Source: a virus (Duplodnaviria > Caudoviricetes). From it: a stretch of DNA of 64,000 nucleotides. Shown piece after piece: positions 20,857 through 28,036 of this stretch (positions are counted from its first letter, which is position 1; the number at the start of each line of letters is the position of its first letter). Made by a program: the position numbers and the translations under genes. Location: the IMG/VR virus record IMGVR_UViG_3300031993_000041, positions 24,876 through 88,875 of that record; one strand, written 5' to 3'. The notes below the pieces were generated by a model, which saw only the letters and a list, made by a program, of their open reading frames with translations, was not told the origin of the DNA and did no database searches.

Positions 20857-21435
20857 TTAAAATTTTTCTATGATTGCCGTCAGGAATCCAACCATAAGCC
20901 CTGACAACGATATAAGTTCGATGTAATATACCATGTGTTCGTCTCCGCTCCGCTTGCATTGTATAACCGTAAAAATATCGAATCCAGCGATTATTACGAG
21001 CAGAGCGACTATATTCCAGCTGAAGAAGCAGACTGCAAGTCCGAGAAGCCCTAAGGTTATCGCGCTGACTGCCCCTATCATGTGCGGTATCAGGAATTTA
21101 TTCCCGGAATTAACGCTTGGATTTACGGTCATCACTGTAAACATTACGCCGACTATCACATACAAAGCGCTCTGGCCTATGCAGATTATCGAAAATATGC
21201 TTGAATACATAAACATCTGAAACAACCATCTGACATCAATCATATAGTAGGTCTGACTGATTGACGGAGGAAGAATTTTAATTTTCCTGTTGTCCTTGCC
21301 TATATCATTGATATGCCACAATGTATACATGTTATACACTATGAACCAGAAGACTCCATAGATGAGACTGACGACCGCCACAGGCATGTTGTATTCAAAA
21401 GGCGAATAACGCAAAAAATCAAGAACTGTTTCCAT
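20857..21435 (-). CDS. multi-pass membrane protein
   Basis: five to six hydrophobic segments. Confidence 0.75.
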   Translation of the reverse strand: METVLDFLRYSPFEYNMPVAVVSLIYGVFWFIVYNMYTLWHINDIGKDNRKIKILPPSISQTYYMIDVRWLFQMFMYSSIFSIICIGQSALYVIVGVMFTVMTVNPSVNSGNKFLIPHMIGAVSAITLGLLGLAVCFFSWNIVALLVIIAGFDIFTVIQCKRSGDEHMVYYIELISLSGLMVGFLTAIIEKF

Positions 21436-21512
21436 TGTCTTAAAAATTAAAAGGTTTCACTGTCTATTTATGCCAGACAATGAAACCTTCCAACCAACAA
21501 ACTTAAAACATC

Positions 21513-22079
21513 CTAAATCATAAGGAATTTATTCACGAGCGAATAATATTCGTTATAGAATAAAGAGCGCTGCTCTTTTGTATGGAATGCCAGAAAATAA
21601 TACTCCGAATACTCAGTTTCCAAAATGAATTGGCAGCTTGTACGTTTTATGACATATTTAGGCATATCTGAATCAGCCCATTCAACATCAGTCACAAAGC
21701 CACCGAAACGTTTGTCATTTGCGATAATCTGCGAAATCTGCGCCATCGCTACTGCAGAACATGCTAATTCTCTATTTGCGAACGTAAAATGGCTGTTTGG
21801 ATTATTGAAAGTGTCACACTTAACGGATTCTTCGATAGACTCGCAACGTTTGTAATCTACATAAAATCCAAGGAAACTGTTATCCTTATTATCAGACCAT
21901 CTTTCTTTTTTCCTGATGACAATATTATTAAGGCTTGATTCCTTATCAACTTCGTATCCGTCGGGAATGTTCGCCTCAATATATTCATTAAGCTTAGCTT
22001 CGAGTTCTTTCGAAATCTTCGAGCATAAACGCTGTATCTGAAGGTCTTCCGTTATGCTGTTTTTATTTTCTACGTCCAT
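21513..22079 (-). CDS. hypothetical protein, paralogous C-terminal domain to 19840..20787
   Basis: shared ANDKRFGG domain. Confidence 0.8.
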   Translation of the reverse strand: MDVENKNSITEDLQIQRLCSKISKELEAKLNEYIEANIPDGYEVDKESSLNNIVIRKKERWSDNKDNSFLGFYVDYKRCESIEESVKCDTFNNPNSHFTFANRELACSAVAMAQISQIIANDKRFGGFVTDVEWADSDMPKYVIKRTSCQFILETEYSEYYFLAFHTKEQRSLFYNEYYSLVNKFLMI

Positions 22080-22423
22080 ATTTTATTTTTATATTTATAC
22101 ATCTTAAAAAGAAACATCTGAAACAGAAACCGCCACCGAGAATAATAGAGATGTTTTTATTGGTTTCTTCATCCGACAGCTTGCCGTATTCATTCTCATA
22201 CCGACATAGCCAGTCGTCAGATGTTTCTTGCCGTGACAACCACCGGCTGTGGTATCGTCGCTCTAAATGGGACACGGATATATTTTCCCGAAAAGACACC
22301 GGCGATGGTGAAGTCGTTCGCAGTACTATACGACAGTAAATGCTGCCGGTTTATTTCAGGCATACGGTACGACTCAGACCTTAATGCCTTACACGCAGAT
22401 ATGTATCATTTCAACCTGCCTTG

Positions 22424-22496
22424 CTGTCGCTCAAGGTCTCGAACCTTGACATTCCTGGTCCAGAGCCAGGCGTGTTACCAATTACACCAAGCGACA
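22424..22496 (-). tRNA. tRNA-Gln(CTG)
   Basis: TGTCGCT/AGCGACA acceptor, CCTGG-CTCTGGA-CCAGG anticodon arm, TTCGAGA T-loop. Confidence 0.92.
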
Positions 22497-22515
22497 ATGA
22501 AAAGATTATATCTTA

Positions 22516-22572
22516 TTTCAATGCTCTCTTCAAAAATTCAGTCTTAAATATCCGCCTCACGGCAGGTGAACT
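22516..22572 (-). promoter_or_regulatory. boxB-like hairpin followed by boxA-like motif upstream of tRNA-Gln
   Basis: AGTTCACCTGCCGTGAGGCGGA then GAGAGCATTGAAA; related copies at 26571-26667 and 28037-28085. Confidence 0.55.
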
Positions 22573-22684
22573 TGGCTGAATGTTCTTTCAAGTAGAATTA
22601 TCTCAAGAATCAATCAAAAATCTTATATAAAAAACAACATTTTACAGAAAATCCTGTAAGAAATCCAAAATATTTTCATACTTG

Positions 22685-22758
22685 TGTGTCAGGCTGGATT
22701 CGAACCAGCGACTGCCGGCTCCACAAACCGGTGCTCTGCCAACTGAACTACTGACACC
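22685..22758 (-). tRNA. tRNA-His(GTG), encoded G-1, discriminator A
   Basis: G-GTGTCAG/CTGACAC-A, anticodon loop TTGTGGA. Confidence 0.9.
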
Positions 22759-22764
22759 ATGTAG

Positions 22765-22840
22765 TGGGCCCAGCTGGGCTTGAACCAGCGACCACTTGAT
22801 TATGAGTCAAGCGCTCTAACCTATACTGAGCTATAGGCCC
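22765..22840 (-). tRNA. tRNA with CAT anticodon, probably Ile2 (lysidine type)
   Basis: GGGCCTA/TGGGCCC acceptor typical of Ile tRNAs; CTTGA-CTCATAA-TCAAG. Confidence 0.85.
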
Positions 22841-22928
22841 GAATTGCCGTCGAAGGATTTTACATCTGACTACCGTCAGACACTGGGCTGAGCGACCTTT
22901 CCCATTGTACCCGGAATACAAGTCTGTG

Positions 22929-23014
22929 CGGAGAAAGCAGGACTTGAACCTGCACGCCTTACGGCTACTGGAGGTTTAGCAAACCTCTTCCTTACCAATT
23001 AGGATTATTTCTCC
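22929..23014 (-). tRNA. tRNA-Ser(GCT)
   Basis: GAGGT-TTGCTAA-ACCTC, long variable arm, G73. Confidence 0.92.
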
Positions 23015-23146
23015 ATGAAGATTTTATTAAACAATACCGCTTCACGTACGGCAGTTGCAGTTCTAATTAAGAACCCGACGGAATTCCGTGACGATGCGAA
23101 CATCCGAATTCTCTCAAAGCCTTTCGCACAGGCTGTTGAGGTATCG

Positions 23147-23220
23147 CGGGGGTGGGAGGATTCGAACCTACGGCCTAATGATTAACAGTCATTCGCTCTA
23201 ACCTGCTGAGCTACACCTCC
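23147..23220 (-). tRNA. tRNA-Asn(GTT)
   Basis: AATGA-CTGTTAA-TCATT; A3:C70 mismatch. Confidence 0.88.
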
Positions 23221-23235
23221 TTATATTTGTTTTTG

Positions 23236-23317
23236 TAGGATTGAAGAGAATCGAACTCTTACGCCTTGCGGTACCAGGTCCTTAGCCTGGCGCGTCTACC
23301 AGTTCCGCCACAATCCC
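23236..23317 (-). tRNA. tRNA-Leu(AAG)
   Basis: CCAGG-CTAAGGA-CCTGG, Leu-type D-loop and variable arm, A73. Confidence 0.9.
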
Positions 23318-23400
23318 ATGTAACGGCGCTTTTATTATTTTCTCATGCAGATTCGCCGAAATCTATAACTGCATTCAGCAAGGCGCTACCTTGTCATTCG

Positions 23401-23475
23401 TCGTGATAGATGGATTCGAACCACCGACCTTCTCGTTATCAGCGAGATGCTCTAAACCACCTGAGCTACATCACG
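23401..23475 (-). tRNA. tRNA-Ile(GAT)
   Basis: TCTCG-CTGATAA-CGAGA; CGTGATG/TATCACG acceptor. Confidence 0.92.
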
Positions 23476-23488
23476 GTATCCAATATAG

Positions 23489-23563
23489 TTGCGAGGATGG
23501 GACTTGAACCCATGACCTTCGGTTTATGAGACCGACGAGCACTCCATCTGCTACCACCTCGCT
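23489..23563 (-). tRNA. initiator-type tRNA-fMet(CAT)
   Basis: A1:A72 mismatch, GCTCGTCGG-T-CTCATAA-A-CCGAAGGTC closely follows bacterial fMet. Confidence 0.85.
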
Positions 23564-23750
23564 GTGAACTACCACAAACTAAAGATTTGCTGGCTTCTTG
23601 CTTCACAGCCGTTGCTTTGACTAATGTCAAAGTCTTACATCAGCTCCACAAGTGTACTCGACAGTCCCTGCCGAGGTTTTATACTCTTATTAACTGAGTT
23701 TACTTTTAGGTTTTACTTGTACAAGATTTATAGTACAAAACAATTACCAA
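23564..23750 (-). mobile_element. ORF-less IS200/IS605-like mini element (right end/omegaRNA-like sequence plus putative left-end hairpin)
   Basis: GGCAGGGACTGTCG..TGTGGAG..TGTAAGAC..GAAGCAAGAAGCC..CTTTAG..TGGTAGTTCAC resembles tnpB-associated right ends as I recall them. Confidence 0.65.
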
Positions 23751-24056
23751 TTTGTCAATGTACTTTTATTATTTATATATGAAAATATATTATTTTTCGA
23801 AAATACACGCAATTCTTCCAAGAAGCTAAATATTTTTGGTTTTCTCGCTAAAAATTATATAAAATGACAGGATTCTTTAGCAAGACCTGTCAGCTTGCCC
23901 GGCAAACGTTCCGGCTGCAATTTCTTACAGATTTTCGATTTCCTGCTACATACGCCTCACAGGAATTATTTCACCAACAGTTTCTATAAAATAAGATGTT
24001 CATTATGGCAAATTAAACATCTGTGTTACTCCCGGCGCCGGTTTTACACTCATACT

Positions 24057-24335
24057 TTACTTGATTTCATCAATATAAACTATGCAATCAAATACATCGT
24101 CAGGCATATCGTTAACAAGATTGTCAACTACCACACGGTATCCTTTCATATACATAATATCGCAGAAATCAGAAAGACTTCTGAAATAATACTTCCATTC
24201 GCCATGGCCATTGATACCTCCTGTTAGATGAACCTTCAGAGAACCGTTTTCAGCATTCGTTTCAGAAATGCTTAATTTCGAGCCAGCCTGTATACAGGCT
24301 ACTTCGATGTCACAATGTAATTTTTGTAAATCCAT
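24057..24335 (-). CDS. hypothetical protein within the tRNA array
   Basis: 92-aa ORF with A-rich leader. Confidence 0.65.
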   Translation of the reverse strand: MDLQKLHCDIEVACIQAGSKLSISETNAENGSLKVHLTGGINGHGEWKYYFRSLSDFCDIMYMKGYRVVVDNLVNDMPDDVFDCIVYIDEIK

Positions 24336-24477
24336 ATTAAAAAGTTTTAGTTAGCTTGAAAAATGAGCAGCAATCATCATAAACGACGTGCAAAAAGTTC
24401 AATCTGCTCCAGCGGCGACCTACAAACCAGATGCCTGAGAATATAGCCATCGCTGCTGTTACTTTTCTTTTTGACAA

Positions 24478-24550
24478 GTTGACTTCCTGGATTCGAACCA
24501 AGATAGCAGCCGTTTTAATAGCACTGTCTTAACCGTTAGACGAAAGTCAA
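24478..24550 (-). pseudogene. tRNA-like gene (Glu/Gln-type body) with unpaired anticodon arm
   Basis: perfect TTGACTT/AAGTCAA acceptor, GTCT/AGAC D-stem, TTCGAAT T-loop; anticodon arm GTGCTATTAAAACGGCT does not fold. Confidence 0.7.
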
Positions 24551-24641
24551 AAAACCAAAGAGCTACCTGCAAATAACCTTTGGAAAACCACTAATGACAT
24601 CAGTGAGCTTGCAGACTTTGATGGCATTTACCAAGTTTTTG

Positions 24642-24713
24642 TACCTCAGCCGGGAATTGGACCCGAATTACATGGTTGAAAACCATGTGTCCTAACCATT
24701 AGACGACAGAGGC
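24642..24713 (-). tRNA. tRNA-Glu(TTC)
   Basis: CATGG-TTTTCAA-CCATG; atypical T-loop TCCAATT. Confidence 0.85.
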
Positions 24714-24865
24714 AGAAAAAGTTCTTTAACTCATTTGCACATTTAACGGCTACTTTTAAGAACTTCCGGCCTGAAAGTAAGCTTTCAGGTCTCTTATAAG
24801 AAATTTTGCCTTACTCCAGTCACCACTTCCGGCCCGGGTGAAGGCCCCTGGAGAGTGTTTCGTTG

Positions 24866-24938
24866 TGGACACGGGGTGACTCGAACACCATCTTCCTGAG
24901 TGCAAATCAAGCGCATTAGCCAATTATGCTACCGGCCC
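24866..24938 (-). tRNA. tRNA-Ala(TGC), two acceptor-stem mismatches
   Basis: loop TTTGCAC, G3:U70 present. Confidence 0.75.
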
Positions 24939-24952
24939 AAATTAAATTTACT

Positions 24953-25181
24953 GCGTCAGCGGGATTCGTACCAAACATTGTGTGACTGCTCTTCCGGATT
25001 ATTCTCGCACTCCCACGTCCGGCAAATTGTGGGTTGTAGGTCAGCCATTCCCACATAACGCAATATTAGAAAAGAGTTTTTCGACCTCACTCTGCAGAGC
25101 CTGCACAGCTGCTACCCTGTTTCAACGGGGATTTTCAGCGGAATCCCTCACACTGGCGGCTTACAATCTATCATGCCGACG
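24953..25181 (-). ncRNA. putative ncRNA closed by tRNA-like acceptor stem and T-arm
   Basis: CGTCGGC/GCTGACG 7-bp stem; GG-TACGAAT-CC T-loop-like 3' end. Confidence 0.5.
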
Positions 25182-25296
25182 ATTTATGCTGTCTGTTTTA
25201 ATTCTGACAGCCAGAAGAATTCCCTTATGCGCAGGGATTTAGATGAGTTACCTTTTCTTTTGTAGGAGGAACCACCAAGAAATAAACCTACCTGGG

Positions 25297-25380
25297 TGAT
25301 GCTTGAAGGAATCGAACCTTTGTATTGGATGAACTTTAATCATTACAGAGGGTATTACCCTTAGACCATAGAAGTTCATC
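25297..25380 (-). pseudogene. degenerate tRNA-like element
   Basis: AAGG-TTCGATT-CCTT T-arm, AAGCATCA 3' end; internal 10-bp inverted repeat GGATGAACTT/AAGTTCATCC. Confidence 0.45.
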
Positions 25381-25549
25381 CAGCTTGCCCACTTTGCAAA
25401 AAGCATCAAAAAATCACCGTGCTATCCTTACACTTTATGCCGCTATCTTTTACTGCTCTATAGCAGTCGTGCTTTACTCATATTACGTAACTATGAACAC
25501 AGTTTCACGACCATTGCAGACTCGAACTGCACTTGTGACTTTATTTTTG

Positions 25550-25893
25550 TGGAGGTGCGGAGATTCGAACTCCGGTCCTGCAAACCGTCAATACAAGATA
25601 TTATTTACATGTTTAGGATAACAGATTAAGGTTCTGTTCCAAAACCTCTGCTCTCGCAGCTCCACCACCTGATTTAATCTAACCAGGAAATCTTAAAGGC
25701 TATTAAGCAGCCATTCTCATTGCTACTGGAGCGATGCGGATGTCTGCTACTCTGTTTGCGAAGTCTACAACCTTGTTGCTTACTTTGCTGAAAGTATTTT
25801 TTACCTTTATTTTCTGACCGTTGTTTTAGGTGAACCGTTCAATCACCACATGTACCTCATACCACTAATCTACAGTCAAAACCATACACCCCC
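25550..25893 (-). ncRNA. ssrA: tmRNA; predicted tag (A)VKNTFSKVSNKVVDFANRVADIRIAPVAMRMAA*
   Basis: GGGGGTG/CACCTCC-A with G3:U70, GGTTTTGAC 5' motif, GGAG-TTCGAAT-CTCC T-arm, ATAAAG resume context, tag ends AA-TAA-TAG. Confidence 0.93.
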
Positions 25894-25994
25894 AAAAAAG
25901 TTTGTGAAGCCCTACCACATAGCCAATTTAATAATGAGAATCGAACTCATGTTTCCCCATAGTTCCAAAATCCATAGAGAAATATGGAAATTGT

Positions 25995-26306
25995 TTATAA
26001 TTTAATAATTATCGGGTGAACTACAACACCCTCTATCCCATTGTTGAAAACCTTTGGGAATGCTTTTCTCATGATGTTATAACTTCCGTTCACGTCGGCG
26101 TTTATCTTGTTCCCATTTTCTGAAACAAACAAGCCACGACGAACACGCTTGCCTTTATAAACATCATGCTTTTTAATTTCTTCCAAATCAAGGAAACTGC
26201 ACTTGGATGTGTAGCTTTCCTCGTTTGTAATTACTTTTATCCCCACTTTTTCGCATTTGTATGAAATCATATCAACAAATCTACTGTGGGGTCTAAAGCT
26301 CACAAA
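25995..26306 (-). pseudogene. tnpB: C-terminal fragment of IS200/IS605 TnpB
   Basis: PHSRFVDMISYKCE..GI...EESYTSKCSFLD...NADVNGSYNI; RuvC-I/II and N-terminus absent. Confidence 0.85.
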
Positions 26307-26570
26307 CTTATTCTTAAAATTAAAAATCCTATACAGCCCTCGACAGTATTCGCCCTGTTGTAGCCACCCTTTGGTCTCAATACTCTTAGTATCACGCGAG
26401 TAGGTCGAGCGTAAAAGACACATCCTCACAGATTATTATTTTCAACCCTTCATCCTCGAATGCTTTGAAGGAAAAACCTGCTCCACCTCGGATTTTTATA
26501 ACATTTATCTCGTTGTTGTTAGTTTATGGACAAACTTTTCCATTTCCCTACAACATACTAAAAATTCCTT

Positions 26571-26667
26571 ATGTCAAAGAACTTATTTATAGTATCCGCA
26601 AAAATAGCAGAGATTCTATACGTCTTAAAAAATGGACCTTTAATGTCCGTCTCGCGACAGGTGAACT
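26571..26667 (-). promoter_or_regulatory. boxB-like hairpin plus boxA (AAGTTCTTTGACAT)
   Basis: AGTTCACCTGTCGCGAGACGGA at 26646-26667; boxA-like at 26571-26584. Confidence 0.55.
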
Positions 26668-26719
26668 CGGTCCAAGATGTTCTTTGGAAACAAAACCACA
26701 AAGTACATAATTATGAAAT

Positions 26720-27293
26720 CGTACCACACTATGTTACCATAGCCAGCAAAACGCGATAAAAGAATTACACTTGTATCATCCGCTAAAAGCAGACTTAGGT
26801 CCAGCCTATCGTGATTTATATGTCTGTTGTGGTCTGGAGCACACCATCACCATATCGAAATTCTTGCAAGTGAACATAATAAAACTTATTGTATCGTAGT
26901 TTAATGTGGGTCACGCGACCACTCCAAGCTCATTTTACTATGTTAATTTCAACTTAGGCAATCTGCAAGGGCTCGCCTTACAGACGTTCTGCTATTCAAT
27001 ATATTCGCAGAATGTCTTCCGTCTGCTCTCTACACCTTTATGAGCTACTTGACAAGTCAAGCTGGTATCTGTCATATTCCGATTTCGAGTGCTTCTCATG
27101 ATATGCCTATTTTATACACACTCTTCTCCATTAGACTACTTGCTCAATTTAGCTCGGTGTTATCTGCGACTTATTTGTTTGTCTTTACAGCGATTTTTCA
27201 TCTTTACAGGGCTTAGCACCTTGACAGACTTCCACCGAATTTGGAAGATTCTACTCCGGCGTTTCCACCGGAGCACACAATAAATCTATTTCA
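26720..27293 (-). ncRNA. group I intron-like ribozyme without ORF (boundaries predicted)
   Basis: P3 TCTTCC/GGAAGA, P4 TTCGGTG/CACCGAG, P7 GAGAGCA/TGCTCC, P9.0 ACCACA/TGTGGT and terminal G. Confidence 0.75.
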
Positions 27294-27310
27294 ATGTACT
27301 CTTCATTTTG

Positions 27311-27449
27311 AGCGTACTTGAGGATTCGAACCTTCTGATACAAGTTAGTCGACGTCTCATGTATCATTGAATAGTTAAGCTGCCCACAACATATATCAGA
27401 AATTTCGAAGGTACTTCTGTAAATTTCATCAACCTATTCCAGCATACGC
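27311..27449 (-). ncRNA. putative tRNA-mimic-capped ncRNA
   Basis: GCGTAT/GTACGC stem, AGG-TTCGAAT-CCT, internal TTCTGATA/TATCAGAA helix. Confidence 0.5.
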
Positions 27450-27458
27450 ATAATATAG

Positions 27459-27586
27459 TGCCTACCCAGGGATTCGAACCACCGTTCCATTGCTTTTATG
27501 TACAATATTAAACAATAGAACCTTCAAAGCCTTCACGTAAATAAACTTAAGCGCGCCTCATTTTATTTGCGTGAGAAGGAGTAGAC
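27459..27586 (-). ncRNA. putative tRNA-mimic-capped ncRNA
   Basis: GTCTACT/GGTAGGC-A 7-bp stem, GG-TTCGAAT-CC T-loop. Confidence 0.5.
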
Positions 27587-27612
27587 ATAATTTCAATGTA
27601 CTCTTAATTTAG

Positions 27613-27774
27613 AAACATAATGAGGAGTCGAACCTCTACCTCCGTCTAATACATCTGGGAAGATTTGCAACTCTTCGCAGAATCCATAGACCTCAGTATC
27701 ACCCTACCCGTATCTTAGCACTGCCTTCCTCGAATACCGCGAATCTCTTCAGGCGAGCCACACTTACATACGTC
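27613..27774 (-). ncRNA. putative tRNA-mimic-capped ncRNA
   Basis: GAGG-TTCGACT-CCTC T-arm; GACGTA/TATGTT weak acceptor stem. Confidence 0.45.
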
Positions 27775-27830
27775 GTGAATTATGCCGTGGGATAAATCAT
27801 TACATCAGAGCCTTGCAAAACGTCTTATTG

Positions 27831-28007
27831 TCAAAACGTATGGAGTCGAACCATATTCTTCCATGTCCTTTCATATCGTGGTCCTTCTATATTGGATGAC
27901 GGTCCGTACTAAAAAGTTTTGCAATCACTTTGTTTCCAGAAGCCGGAAGAAATTCGCGAATCTTCATTTCACGATACGGGATGTTCTGCCAGTTAAACTA
28001 CAATTAT
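27831..28007 (-). ncRNA. tRNA-like gene with ~100-nt insertion in the anticodon arm
   Basis: TA-GTTT-AACTGGC-AGAAC D-arm, TATGG-TTCGACT-CCATA T-arm, insert closed by CGTATCGTG/CACGATATG. Confidence 0.55.
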
Positions 28008-28036
28008 CGTCAGACAACCCTGACATAATGATTATA

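Noticed and set aside
22063-22299. 78-aa ORF upstream of 21513..22079
   Set aside because: Overlaps the next gene and its TATAAATA, with atypical composition; coding status unsupported.
24345-24470. Structured spacer RNAs between tRNAs (e.g. AGCAGCGAT/ATTGCTGCT at 24365-24460, hairpins at 24765-24855)
   Set aside because: Inverted repeats are visible, but I cannot assign a family or show they exceed ordinary terminator/spacer structure.
25600-25660. RNase P RNA (ttaaggttctgttcc resembles its 3' end)
   Set aside because: Lies inside the tmRNA and there is no GAGGAAAGTCC partner motif.
25960-27293. IStron (group I intron fused to IS605/tnpB)
   Set aside because: The ribozyme appears to end with its own P9.0 and terminal G at 26720, about 400 nt before the tnpB fragment, and the IS-like end is AAC rather than a splice-site G. 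Not fully excluded without a splicing assay.
26720-27293. Homing endonuclease ORF in the intron
   Set aside because: No minus-strand ORF of 60 aa or more in the track; plus-strand ORFs such as 27089..27283 show no nuclease motifs.
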